A stretch of DNA of 62,301 nt, counting the filler, from Nemertoderma westbladi (lineage: Eukaryota; Animalia; Xenacoelomorpha), in assembly GCA_032718475.1 (NCBI GenBank). It is 3 parts of 3 records of this genome, joined end to end, with 100 filler letters (N's around TTAATTAATTAA, not from the genome) between each part and the next. Parts side by side here need not be neighbours in the genome. Positions count along the whole stretch, not along the records: positions 1 to 16,691 come from JAUCBJ010003562.1; 2 more parts are not named here. One strand, written 5' to 3'. Of the stretch, positions 1-12,899 are shown piece after piece. How positions within the stretch are numbered: position 1 is the first letter of the stretch; each line of letters begins with the position of its first letter. The notes beneath the pieces are model-generated. The model saw only the letters and a program-made list of their open reading frames with translations. It did not search any database and was not told the origin of the DNA. Position numbers and translations under genes: made by a program.

Positions 1-472
1 GTAAGTTATGAACACACCACCGTTCCCTTTGTTGTGTAGTAAGTTACTAACACACCACCGTTCCCTTAGTTGTGGAGTAAGTTACTAACACACCACCGTT
101 CCCTTTGTTGTGTAGTAAGTTACTAACACACCACCGTTCCCTTTGTTGTGTAGTAAGTTACTAACACACCACCGTTCCCTTTGTTGTGTAGTAAGTTACT
201 AACACACCACCGTTCCCTTTGTTGTGTAGTAAGTTACTAACACACCACCGTTCCCTTTGTTGTGTAGTAAGTTACTAACACACCACCGTTCCCTTAGTTG
301 TGTAGTAAGTTACTAACACACCACCGTTCCCTTTGTTGTGTAGTAAGTTACTAACACACCGCCGTTCCCTTTGTTGTGTAGTAAGTTACTAACACACCAC
401 CGTTCCCTTTGTTGTGTAGTAAGTTACTAACACACCACCGTTCCCTTAGTTGTGGAGTAAGTTACTAACACA
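1..472 (+). repeat. Intronic 38-bp minisatellite, about 12 copies
   Basis: Unit GTAAGTTACTAACACACCACCGTTCCCTTTGTTGTGTA repeats from position 1 and ends just before the exon at about 518. Confidence 0.95.
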
Positions 473-517
473 CTATTGTTCCCTTAATGATCTAGTTTGT
501 GTTATTTTCGTTCCAAG

Positions 518-689
518 TGCCTCCCAATTCCCCCAGTCTGGTATTGCCGATGTGGTTACACGAACTGGATGCGTTCCAGCCTACATAAAGAAAGGATTAT
601 CTATGGTATGTTTCTACTATGCTCGTTGTTTGCACACAGGTCGGGGTGTGAAGGAAGACAGAGAAAGAGCCATGTTATTCTATACTAAG
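518..689 (+). CDS. LRP2BP: Penultimate exon of an LRP2-binding-protein-like (Sel1-repeat) gene
   Basis: Encodes ...TGCVPAYIKKGLSMVCFYYARCLHTGRGVKEDRERAMLFYTK, a Sel1-like repeat resembling the LRP2BP C-terminus as recalled. Phase-0 donor AAG|GTGAGT at 690. The acceptor at 517 is less certain. Confidence 0.75.
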
Positions 690-1247
690 GTGAGTGAGAC
701 GGTTTATGTTATTGTATAAACATCTTCGGTTGTATTGTACGTTAGAATGAACTTTATACAACGCAATTCAGATAGGGGGGGGGGGGGGGGGGGGGGGGGG
801 GGAACTGGACGCAATAAAAATTCATCCCTCTCCAGGGGAAATTGGACGCAAATACTAGGATCGGCATGCTGCATTGCAGCCGTTTTTGGTACAAATGCTT
901 AAAAGGGACTAACCAAACCAGGGCGAGCGCATATTTGCTTTGTTACTTAAATGGTCGTTAAATGAGTACCAGTTATCTCATTGCCTGTAAGGAGTATAGT
1001 TCTGTGGGGTCTATACTGGAAATGAGTCGTGAGACATTCTTTTCAAATTTTCGTACTTGTTACAAGGAGGTCACCTTATTTTTTTTTAGTTTCCGCACTC
1101 ATTGCCTCTAACATAAGAAGGACGACCGAATCTGTGCAACTACTGTATATTTTTTTAATTATCTTATTTAACAAATTGTTGCAGAAATCACGTTATTTTA
1201 TTTTCTTCAATACTAGACTCTTTTCACTGATAAATAAATAAAGTTAA

Positions 1248-1958
1248 GGGGGGGGCACACCATTTTGGTCCAAAATATGTCGAAATTTTTTTTATGGTCT
1301 ATTATAATGCACCATTGAATGGTGTTTCCAAATCTGAAAACTGCTATTTAATAGCTCTTTTAGTTTTCAAGTTATGTAAATTTCCATTTACGGAATCCTA
1401 TTGAAATTACTATTACTATGTATAATGAAAGGTCGATTATCTCCAAATATTTTTTTTATGAAATTGTCAACTTCAAAACCCTACTACTTCTACAATTTTT
1501 GAGTAATTAGTCTGAAACTTCCTGTGGGTGTCTAGATAGCCACCCTGCATAAAAGTATCAGGCAACTTTTCGAAATTTTTTGTTAATAAAATTTAATACT
1601 ATTTATAAAAAACCTAAAAATTTGCATAAATTTGCAGCGCCACCTAGCGGTGCAGAATTATTTTAACAAAATTTCGCCTGATAGTTATGTTGCCCCATCT
1701 TTGATCTATCATATAAAAAAACTTTCATGTGATTAGGTTCAAAACTGTAAAAGCCTTAGGGTTTTAAGCGCAACCAAGTTTTTTTTGTTGTTAACTAGTA
1801 TTAACTAATATTAAATAGCGAAAAAAAAATATTTTCTGACCTGTCATGTAGAATAGCATCTTAGGCACCTATATGCCAAATTTTAGCCAAAATCAAACAA
1901 TTTTGAAACGCTGAGAGTGATAAATCGAAGAGTTGTCCGAAAATGGTGTACCCCCCCC
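1248..1958. mobile_element. Non-autonomous Kolobok-like DNA transposon (MITE)
   Basis: TTAA on both sides (1244-1247, 1959-1962). TIR G8-(C/T)ACACCATTTT. GG..CC termini with a TTAA TSD fit Kolobok rather than piggyBac. Confidence 0.75.
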
Positions 1959-2926
1959 TTAAGCCAACTTTACTATGGATATTCATAATAATAATACGAT
2001 TTGTTGGTATTTTTAAAAACACTAAACACTAAACACTTAAAAACACATAAATCTTGGGATAGGAGTAGCGCCCACCCCTACCCTCGGGTAGCAGCTATCG
2101 AAAGAGGAGCCTTCGGGTCGCCTCCGGCTTCGGCCGACTGTTTGCTTTGCTTAGGAGAACTAAAAGTTGTCCATCGCGAAAATTGAGAATAAGAGTTACT
2201 TGCGCCAAAGAGTAGGTTTTGGCCATGTGCCTGTTAAAATTTAACTGTCATGTAACCCCAACCGTAAATATGTTGGATCCTAAATTCCACAAAATTTAGA
2301 GCTTTTAGAGGGTTTAGATTATAGCATCATGACTTTAAGGTTAGGGTTACTCGTTACTAAAGACAGTTTTAATTAGGGTTTGGGCCTGACCAACTAACCC
2401 CAACCACAAATAATCCATAAGTCAATAATCATCACATAAATCCAAGTTAAAGTGCTGTCCGGTACGCTAGACCTACAGTACTATTATTATACTGTAAGTC
2501 TATAGGGGGGCAATCCGCGCGGGGGGGGGGGGGGGGGGGGGGGGGTAGATACACCTAGGACACCGGCAGCATTCTTAATGCAGCTGCTTCCAGCATGCCC
2601 ATTATAGATAGATAATTGAAAACTGAAAAAGGTGGACAGTCCAATCACGTATCACTACGAAATAGCACTGCTTTAATACGTTTCTGATTGGTCAGACTAT
2701 TATCTATATATTTTATGTGCCTGTGTCCAGTCCACCTTTTTCAAACGCACATCTTATTCCCAATTATGTAATTAAGAAAGCGAAAACTTGAAAAAGGTGG
2801 ACAAACCAATCGCTACAAACTGCTTTGCTTAAGGGGGGGGGGGGGGGGGGGGGGTATACCAATTCGGGAAGGGTTTGAAAAAATAAAAACTTATCTTGAT
2901 GCTAGCAAAACAATATATGGAGTAAA

Positions 2927-3275
2927 CTACTACTACTACTACTAGGTCGAGCGAACTCGGACAGTGGAAATGAGATCCTTCCAGGCTTCCCGATTCTCCA
3001 TAGTTGTCGCAATTTCGTTTCTCCCAAGTTCAGTTTCCCTTTCAAGTTGATCTATATATGTTATGGCAGGTCGTCCACGACTACGCTTTCCATGAGTTGG
3101 TTGCCAGAGAAGTAGATCTGGTATGACCTCGTCTTTACTTCGCCAGCAGTGCCCACTGAATCTTAATCTGCGTTCACGGAGGGTGGTTGATACAGGTGGT
3201 ATTGTACCATAAAGCTCAGCGTTTGTCATATGTTGTATCCAGCTGATGTTTAGGGCTGCCCTTAATATGGAGTAA
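2927..3275 (-). mobile_element. 5'-truncated RTE-type LINE 3' end
   Basis: ILRAALNISW..RERRLRFSGHCWR..GKRSRGRPAITYIDQL, followed by a (TAG)n tail at 2927-2943. Confidence 0.85.
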
Positions 3276-4004
3276 AAGGCAATAAAAAGGGCTTTCCATT
3301 TCTCAAAATACTCGTTTCTGATTGGCTGGTCAATTTTCATTGGTTAATCGTCTAAAACACTACTCCTCATTCAATCTTTGGTGGAATTTGCTGAAATTTG
3401 CTGAGAACATTCATAAGGTATGTTGACACAAAAATCTTAGACAGAATTTCAAATTTCTCAAAAATAAAAATTTTTAGGGCGCTTTTTGTAATTCAAAATT
3501 TAGAAAATTGACTTTTTTCATAGATATAACTACATTTTAGGTTTTAAAATGAGAACAAAGTCGAATTTCAAAATTTTGTCTAAGAATTCTATTCTCATTG
3601 AGTTTACGAGCAGAACAAAAAAAAACAGAATCAAAATCCATTGAGAAATGACGGCGGAGTAGCATTTTGAAAAATTTATAAAATCCTAAAATCGAGAAAT
3701 AATAAAATGCATTTAAAGTTTTTAAACCTTCCCCCGCAAAATTGTCTATCTGACCCTGTAATAATTAAAATGTTAATTTATGCCACTTAATAACAATTAA
3801 AGACGCAAACAGCTGGAATTTTCGCTTGGGTGATTTCATTTGAGATATTAGTTTTCATGCTGTGGGAAAATCTAATCTTTCTGTCACAATGTCCGTCAAT
3901 GTTTTAGTTTGTCCATCATATTTTAGTAAAACACACGACATTAATACAATTTTCGCTATTGGTGATTTTGAGGTCGATGATTACATTTTCGATGGTTAAA
4001 TCTG

Positions 4005-4212
4005 GTCTGTCTCTCTGACTGTATGTTTGTCTGTCTGTGTCTGTCTGTCTGCCTGTCTATCTGCCTGTCTATCTGTCTGTTTGTCTGTCTGTCTGTATGT
4101 ATGTCTGTCTGTGTCTGTCTGTCTGTCTGCTGCCTGTCTATCTGCCTGTCTATCTGTCTGTTTGTCTGTCTGTCTGTCTGTATGTATGTCTGTATGTATG
4201 TCTGTCTGTCTG
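4005..4212. repeat. (CTGT)n-type microsatellite
   Basis: Imperfect TCTG tetranucleotide run; it explains the spurious overlapping ORFs. Confidence 0.95.
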
Positions 4213-5067
4213 TATAGCTGTCAACGTATAATACAAACAAAGACCTAACTAAAATTTAAGTAATGTGGGTTTTTGATTATCAAGCAAAATATTACTACGT
4301 ATGAAGTTGAACTACTGTACAGTTTACTGCAGTACTGTACAGTACAGTACAGGACAGTACAGTACTGCTATTGCAGAATAAAAAGTCAAACATCAAAATT
4401 AATGATTTTAATAATTTAGTGGGAAATTTGAATTGTCAAACCTTGGACCACCAAACCAGGACATGTAATTGATGCACTGAGAGCTATTGCGGTTCGAATT
4501 CTTATTATTATCAAATTTTGATTAGACAGAAAATACCGACAGACAGATATAAAATCAGCCATAACTTGAGAAGTAGTAAATTAGATCTCGCCACGCCGTT
4601 TTCAGATTTGCAATCCTCATTAAATTCTGCTTTAGATGAAATAAAAAAAAATCCGAAATTTTTGTGTCTAGTCCACCTTTTTCAAACACCCGTCAAGCAC
4701 AATAAATGATTAATACATAAATGTGTATGAAATTAACATAATAAGGCACGTCCCTTAGATTTAATGAATATAAACCAAACTTGTAGATTTTATTTACCGT
4801 ATCTAACTATAGGCCTACTACAATTGCATTCCAAAAACACCTATTATTTTATTTTTATACTGTATAATGGGCTGTTTCGGGCACAAGCCATATATCGTAA
4901 CATAAAGTCTACTATGGTTAGAGATAATTCAGTAAACGTCTTGTGTCGTATATAAAAATTGAAAGTAAAATTGAAATCAACATGTACATTTTCTTGTTTA
5001 TTCATTCTTCTATGGTCTACATTGTTTACACTTGTTTACACATTTTCTACGCTATTGTATTTTACAG

Positions 5068-5133
5068 GCATTCGACTTTGATCAAGCGGAAACAGCGAAA
5101 ATGCAGAAACTAGTTCAACTTGGTGAATTATAA
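5068..5133 (+). CDS. LRP2BP: Terminal exon of the LRP2BP-like gene
   Basis: TATTTTACAG| acceptor, phase 0, encodes AFDFDQAETAKMQKLVQLGEL*. The 21-aa length fits the LRP2BP tail after the last Sel1 repeat. Confidence 0.7.
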   Translation, partial: AFDFDQAETAKMQKLVQLGEL

Positions 5134-5469
5134 GTCACTAATTCCAGAGGACATTGACGGACATGAGATTGTTTAACTTTCTGAATTGTTGCAAAACGAA
5201 CATGTTCTTTAATCTTACTCGCTTGCGAGTTAGGTTTACTTTGAAAGTTATTGGTGATCGATTATTTATTAAAAATATTAATTTATCAATATTGTAAGAA
5301 ATAACAACATTCATAGTATATAAATAATTGTTCCATAAAAACTTCATTCATATACTTCGATGTTTTAACGTCAAAGCTTACTGTAGCTTCATTAGATTTA
5401 TGTCTCGGACGATATAATGGCTGTTGTCTTTGTTGACTTGTTTAAGGCCTTCTGGCTTCCGACCACGAC

Positions 5470-5990
5470 CAGGTATGTGCAGCATACTTGCAGCATATGG
5501 GATTCCTGAGGAAATTATTGCAACTATCAGATCACTGTACGATAGTTCCACCACGTTTGTGTCTACTGCTGATGGTGACAAAGATCCGTTCGAAGTCTTA
5601 TGGGGAGTCCTTCAGGGTAACACACTTGCACCATTCTTATTCGTAATTATGGTGATTATGTTCTACGTATGTCCTGAGACCATCTTAATAAATATGGGGT
5701 GATGGTAACACTCCCTACTGGCACACGAAGTAGAGGGAATCAAGCAAAGTACCTTATTGATCTAGACTTTGCTGATGACTTAGGGGTCCTATCATAATCA
5801 CTAGATAGAGGGAGCCCAACGGCTCCTCTGCTCATTGGAGCCGGTTGATCTAGTGGTGGTCTTTTTGTAAACTCCAAGAAGTCCACGAACTTTTCACAGC
5901 CTTCAAGAAATGTATGATCTTAAGGGAATAAGCTCCAGGGATGGTATGCTGGAACATATGGATGACTTCCGCTAATTGGGGAGTCAGGTG
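5470..5990 (+). mobile_element. Degenerate RTE-type LINE reverse transcriptase fragment
   Basis: ILAAYGIPEEII..GVLQGNTLAPFLF, then DLDFADD near 5758 after a frameshift. Confidence 0.8.
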
Positions 5991-8900
5991 AGTCGGGTCA
6001 ACCTCACCTAAAGTGTCCAGACAGAGGTTGTTTTTTGATAAAAAAATAAGAAAACTATATATGATTTGAAAGGTCTTTCTGAGACGAACACAATTGTACC
6101 ACTCACGTAACGTTATTAGGAGCCCGCTCTACAGCGGGATACTTACTGTAAAAATCTGCAGGATACTTACTGTAAAAATCTCAGGATATATAATACTGAC
6201 TGACTGACTGACTGATAATTATCTAGGTTCAGGCACTTCCTGCCTGGCGATTTTGATGAAATTTTGCAAGTACATTGCTTTGGTGTTTCATAATCGCGTT
6301 ACAGAATATCAGATCGATTCTATGTGTGGTATTCGATATATTTAGTTTTTTTGACATTATTTTGTCGCGAAATTAAAAGCAATGGTAAAATAACAACTCC
6401 TGCCTGAGCTGCAGTCAGCTAGCTGTGGAGTAGGAACGGTGGAGTGCAGGGCTGTCTGAGATAGAATAGAATTCCATCCAGGCGGAATTTCTTGACTTTG
6501 ACTACACCCCCCCTGCCTGCCTTTGCCTTGTAGGAGCGTGCTGCTGGCTGAGTCTAAACTTCCTTATCAGCTCTCAGGTATAGACAGAAAATAGTTGAGT
6601 TGTCAATAAACATAATAAAATATACAACTGCAGTAGGATTATATTATTATTCCACGAATCCTTGGGCTGATTATTTTGTATAGGATATATGTAGAAAGTT
6701 CTTAAAATAATATTCTTATTTTTATTATTAAATAGGATTAGCATCATTTTTTAGCTGAAGCATTAATAGTGTAAATTAATTTAATTATATTTTAATACCA
6801 TTACTACATTGGCATAAGATAAGTTTTAACATTTCTTACAAATATTATAAAACTCAATAGTGGTGCGAGCATAAAACTCAAATCACGCAAATTTAAAAGA
6901 ACTGCGTGTGTTGTCATAATATCTATCTCCATAGGTTATTCTGCTTGACTGGGTCTGGGTGCGGCTTTGCTTTTGGGACGGGGTGCTGATTGAAAGGGGG
7001 GTTGAAGGGGGGAACTTTGACTTTTCACTTTGACTGATTTGCGGTTTTGTTAAATTTCTTGGATATAGTTGTGATGCTAAAATTTAATTTGTCTTTGATA
7101 ATGTATTATTTTGTTTTCATATTGTTTAGACCTTCAATTTTCATAATATTAGTTGAGTTTTTGTTTATCCATTTGCTCTATAATATATTATATAATTTGT
7201 ATTTATTCAAAAAATTGAATGAAACTGTTATCACTATTATTATCTTACTAGAACTACTGACACTAATGTGGAACAGCTAGGATATTTGCGCTTTGTTTGT
7301 GTTTTAGTTTTAGTTTTAGTAACTATAGCTACCCCTTTCTATTGTTAGTTTTGTTCTACTGTATAATGCAGCATTGGTTGATTGCCTTAGCAGCCGGTGT
7401 TGAAATATTCGTATGGAAATTGAGTCTGCATTTATAATATAGGGTGGTTCTAGGGTGGGTTCAGGGTCATCACTCGCTCGGTGTCCTCGTTGTGCATCAT
7501 GGGCATTTTTTCATAAATATTCGGTAATCTAATATCTTGCAAACGTGCTTGATAATGAAATTATTTGCTTCATATTATATTTTTGTTAGTGGTAGCAAAG
7601 TTTAATTTTTTATTATGTGGGACGATCCACAAAGTCAGCTAGCCTCACGCCTTACAGTTTAGACAATTGTTTAGTTTAGGCCTACTTACTAGGCCTACAG
7701 CTGACTGACATAGTTCATTTGTAATAGTCTTGGCTAGGATTCTTACCCCGGGCTCCTTCCAGCCAGCTTGCTGGCTTTCTAGTAATTATACTGGGTAGGC
7801 CTTGTATTCACCCCCCACCCAAGTGTTTTATTAACATTATGTACATAAAAGTTAATGATTATAGCAAACATTTTTAAAGTCATAGTGTGTTGAAAAACTG
7901 CCCATCATCCATATTATTTTCTAAGCGCACCACAGTTACAGTAGGGTTATTCTTCACTATTATTTTCAGACATATACTAGACTATCAGCTGTGTCTTTCA
8001 AAGGAGAATAATCCGCCTGCTGTTATCAGGTCTGCCGCTAAGGGGAAATTGTCTGAATGTTAAAACCTTCTCCTGTCTCTTTGATTTTAATCCGCGATAC
8101 CCTACGCCTACCCAATTGGCTGCGTCTTTGTGAGATGTTGTTCCATCTTTACTTCTAAAGTATTCCGCTAGCTTTATTAATTGCAATTAAACAAACTGAA
8201 CGTTCCACTCAATGATTTTTTTGGACAAGCGGTTTTCGTATTGAGTATTAAATTTAGCTAATGGGGATTAGTACACTTTCTTATATAAGCTCTAGTGATC
8301 CGTGGACGCAACGTGTTTAGTGAGAATACTAGACTAATATTAACAATAGAATAATGAGGCTACTACTGCAGCATCTAATGCGACCATTGATGTACGCTGT
8401 AGTTAATATATTATTGGTTTCAATACACAAAAAGGATATTATTATTAAATGTGTCGAAGACATTCAGATATTTCATTATATGACATTTCTGGATGTCATG
8501 CATAACGATTGTAGTTGCCTGCGTATAGTTTTCCATCGCTCACTGGAGTGTGGGTACCGTCACCGTCGCAAATGGGCAACTAGTAGTGGTGCAACTGACT
8601 CGGGATGTCCACGATTGAAAGCTAAAAGACGGTTATTGATTCTCATATTCTCAATCGCAGCCTCATTATGCAAATAGTTGCCATCCATTGCTGTAAGATT
8701 TAGTTGATCGTAAACTAAGAAGAATAAATATCATCTTCAGCATAGGGCCATCTAAATGGGACATCATTTCCTTTTACAGCATATTTTAAGCTGGTGACTC
8801 AACGCTTTCTTAAGTATATCCAAGTGGGGGCGATCCTCAGTGAACAGAATGTATAAACATCGCCGCTAACAGTTATTAATACCGGTTCCAACATGCTATA

Positions 8901-10297
8901 CCGGTACTCATATATTCTCATACCGGTATTTAATTACGAATACAATAGCTCCCAATAATATTGTGTCATAGGTCATAACACTACGCAATAACCGGTAGCA
9001 TTCACGCCTTAACAAATTACAATATAACTTTGTATGTGGATTCTGTATAAGATAAGCGTCTATTATTAGAACTTTTGTTGCGCAGTTTTGCAAAATCGGC
9101 AGAAATTTCGAACCCGGAGGTCGCCAGTTCGATCCCACCTGGACGTCATTGCCGACGTTGCAAAGCTGTGCCAAACAAAAAGTTATAATAATATTGTAAT
9201 ATGAAACCACTGATTCACCCAAAACAACCAATAATAAATCATAAAGTGTCTGTCTATATTAGACGCGAACCCGCAACACAGATCTCGAAAAAATTAGTTT
9301 CCATTTAATAAATATATATAAATATATTAAATAAATAAACGATTTATTAATTAAAACATAAGCTTATAAAATAAGATAAGGCACAATTACATAATAATTA
9401 AAACACCTTTAGCACAAATGTTGTAAGCAGCAATTATAAGTAAAAACGTCCGTCTAATAAATTTGTTATTCTTATGAACTTTTAACAAAAATTTACTGAG
9501 AAATATAATCAAATAAGAACATTATTTCACAACTAAGTTAATTCTCTCAGATAAGTGGCGCACATCGATCGCGCAATTGAAAAAAGTGATCGCCAGCGCA
9601 AATTGGCCGCATATTAAATAAGATTTTGTTTATTGTTTTGGTTAGGAAACAAAGACACTAAATTGTCCCTTTCTCTTAATGTTTACATTAAATATATAAA
9701 CCCACCAAACAGATATTTTGCGTTTGAGATCATTTTGCGCCATTAGCTCAACTATTTTGCAAAGTTTTGTATTATACGCTGCAACGCAAAGTAACGCTGC
9801 AAGGTGGTACTTTGCTGCGTTACGAGATCACGAGAACGCTGATAAGTTGACATAATTAAACGGCCACTTATATATTCAATATAATAATGTAATGTAATGT
9901 AATAATGCAATATATATATATAATAGCTCCCCAATGTCACTCATACCGTAGTTATAACTATATTTGGAACTGAGAACTCATAATTGATGCATTTACTATA
10001 TATATATTTAAATAGTGCAGTGGCGATGTTATACAAATGGCAAGTAATAGGCCAATTGTTTTCGACTATCTTCTAGAAACAATGATATTATATTTATATA
10101 GATATTTAATTAAATTCGATATTTTTGCTTGAGAAAAATGTGTGGCCTATTTTTTGTCAAAGTAATTCGTTATGGAATTTAACGTTGTGGAAAACGTAAG
10201 TCACCTATATAAGTACAGAAGTACCATGTATTATTATTTAATTATTGATTGATATTTATATTGTAAAGGGAAACGTAAGATCAACCAATAATGTAAC

Positions 10298-11359
10298 TTA
10301 TATCTTTGGAGTTAGATATAATTCCTTGGTTAACATAGAGGTGTAACAAGCGATCTGTTTGACAAAATTCATATTTGGATCCGGCCGCCCTTCCAAATCC
10401 GCCATAATTTTGTTGACGCGCGTTAAAATGGTAGTAAAACTGTGAGTGAATCCCCATTGCCAGAGAGCAGGACACAGAGTCTGTATGTAACAGGAACCGG
10501 TTGACGGACATCTCATCGCTTTGTGGTTCGGGATGGTGGAATAACAGAATATCATATCGGCTTGGGTTGGCAGCCGTAGGGGGAGGGGGTCATCGTCCTC
10601 TCCAGGGCCGTCCAATTTGTAACCCAAATCAACCTCTGTGCCGCGACACGCCTGGAAAATAAACACTTTCGGTTTCCCAAACAACGAGGGGCAGTTATTG
10701 GCTTTAAACTTATCGGTAATGGAAGACAAACAAAATGATTTGTCGGTCGCATACATATAATCCATATCGGATCCGTGACTCATCAACACCAATAGAAACA
10801 TGTCGCTAAAGCAATGGTCTACATCAGAGAACACTGTTGTTAAGTCGAGAATTTCCTTTAATGTTAGATCTTGGTAGAGAAAAACAGTGAATCCCAGATG
10901 TTCTAGAACTGCGAAAAGATTGTCGGCATCGCAACTTGCACCGTTTCGTCTGGACATAGTTTTATTCCGGTCTAAACAATTATTTCCATCAAAGTTAATT
11001 TCGTTTATAATAACGGCAATTCCGCGGTTTGGGTGAGACATTTTGTACCTATAGACCTTATCGTCGTCACTGAGTAGGAGTCTGGCAGGAGGTGAGACTG
11101 CTTCTTCTGGGTTCACTACCGGTGATTGTCTGTCTGGGGGAGGGTCGGCCGCTTCTGGGTTCACTACCGGTGACTGTCTGTCTGGGGATTGGTCGCCCGC
11201 TTCTGGGTTCGCTACCAGTACACCTTCTTCATTGTCTGATACATTAATGACACCTCCAACTCCATCATCATCACTATCGACAGTGGTTGGGGATATTAAA
11301 TCATCAACATTGGTAGGAAGACCAGGTCGACCTCCTCCTGAGTCAGATGAGTAAGCCAT
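10298..11359 (-). CDS. Intronless effector-type (caspase-3/7-like) caspase, 353 aa
   Basis: YKMSHPNRGIAVIIN, catalytic SHG and QACRG, KPKVFIFQ, ADMIFCYST, C-terminal KQIACYTSMLTKELYL. Single uninterrupted ORF. Confidence 0.92.
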   Translation of the reverse strand: MAYSSDSGGGRPGLPTNVDDLISPTTVDSDDDGVGGVINVSDNEEGVLVANPEAGDQSPDRQSPVVNPEAADPPPDRQSPVVNPEEAVSPPARLLLSDDDKVYRYKMSHPNRGIAVIINEINFDGNNCLDRNKTMSRRNGASCDADNLFAVLEHLGFTVFLYQDLTLKEILDLTTVFSDVDHCFSDMFLLVLMSHGSDMDYMYATDKSFCLSSITDKFKANNCPSLFGKPKVFIFQACRGTEVDLGYKLDGPGEDDDPLPLRLPTQADMIFCYSTIPNHKAMRCPSTGSCYIQTLCPALWQWGFTHSFTTILTRVNKIMADLEGRPDPNMNFVKQIACYTSMLTKELYLTPKI

Positions 11360-11913
11360 ACTGCCACCGGTAGGGTAGGACTACTGGACAGCTGGACTAG
11401 GCCTACCGTACTTCAGGATAAATTTATGAAGGTCTATTGCTATTGCAGTCTTATTGACTGATTTACTATAGGCCTACTACCGGTACTGTACAAGGCTAGG
11501 TCCTATATAATACTGTAATATGGTATGGCTGTTGGTTCTAGTCTGACAGTGCAGCAGTGTGATATCTAATCTGGATATGCAGATATGACTGTTTCCAGTT
11601 TACTGGTTTATAATGGTTAACTAAAGTAAATACCAGTACCGGTATACTGGCTGACTGATAACAGGGTAACTCAGTGTCAATACTCCCGTAGCTGTAATTT
11701 GCCATAGCATTGCAGGTGCATGTATGGGTATTGCTGTATTGCAGTATTGGGCAGTGAGTCAGGCAGTGTAGTCTACCTCCAGGCTCCAGGTAACGCTACC
11801 AGTAGGCTGGCCTACTGTATGTACCCTTCGCAGGGTGGTATTGTCTTGTTTAATTTATTATAACAGAACAGTAATTTAGTAATTGCAGAATTGCAGTGTG
11901 ACCAGGTAATGCC

Positions 11914-12254
11914 AATGGTAAACTACCGTATCTCAAGCAAGGTCTATCTACCAATTAATGGTAAACTACCGCTCAAGCAAGGTCTATCTACCAATTAATG
12001 GTAAACTACCGTATCTCAAGCAAGGTCTATCTACCGCAATTAATGGTAAACTACCGTATCTCAAGCAAGGTCTATCTACCGCAATTAATGGTAAACTACC
12101 GTATCTCAAGCAAGGTCTATCTACCAATTAATGGTAAACTACCGTATCTCAAGCAAGGTCTATCTACCAATTAATGGTAAACTACCTTATCTCAAGCAAG
12201 GTCTATCTACCAATTAATGGACCGTATCTCAAGCAAGGTCTATCTACCAATTAA
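11914..12254. repeat. About 43-bp minisatellite, about 8 copies, upstream of the caspase
   Basis: Unit AATGGTAAACTACCGTATCTCAAGCAAGGTCTATCTACCAATT with small indels. Confidence 0.9.
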
Positions 12255-12494
12255 TAATTTGATAAAAAGGGAAACAAGTATAACTTTGTTTTACTATTTT
12301 CGAGGCATTTTATTTATCGAGTGCCAGCGAGGTTAATAAGCGGTGGAGATTAGTTTAGTTTAGTTCAATATTAAATAGGTGCAATAAAATTAGTAATAAT
12401 GATCAATTTTGTATTTCTTGTATCTTATTTAGTTTAAATTATATAATTATTCTATATACAGTAATTAGTTTAGTTTGTATTGGTAACCAAGTAA

Positions 12495-12650
12495 CTTGAA
12501 GGACCCCCTTGGAAATAAGCTGCAAAGCTTTAGGGGTAATCCTATATGTTATGTTGGACAATACTTACTATACATTAATAATTTTACTGAGTTAATGTAT
12601 TGGTTTCTATTGTTTGCATAATATAAAAATAAATCTATCTATCTATCTAT
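12495..12650 (+). mobile_element. Probable LINE (L2/Crack-like) 3' end
   Basis: Stem-forming GGACCCCC..GGGGTAATCC segment, then AATAAA and a (TCTA)n tail. Confidence 0.4.
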
Positions 12651-12899
12651 ACTATTGACAAAGATATACTTTTTCTCATGTAAAACGTAATTTTATTCTT
12701 AAATCGGTATTCTTTGTTGCTTAAATCTTTAATAAAATATAGAAATATTAGGCCTATTACAAAAGAAAGTGAACTGCAGACTGCAGTATTTTAATAGATT
12801 AACTCTGTGTAGAACTCTGACTTTTTCAATCACGAGTTTATTGCAACGATAATTTCAAAAGAAGCAATTAAATTAGAACTAAAAAAAGGTAGACAAAGA

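Noticed and set aside
1-472. CRISPR-like appearance of the 38-bp, 20-bp and 30-bp arrays
   Set aside because: Units are head-to-tail with no unique spacers, there are no cas genes, and the context is eukaryotic.
775-802. Long poly-G/C tracts here and at 2520, 2833, 35045, 38655 and 39674
   Set aside because: Homopolymer lengths are unreliable and several are parts of MITE or LTR sequences; no independent support for function.
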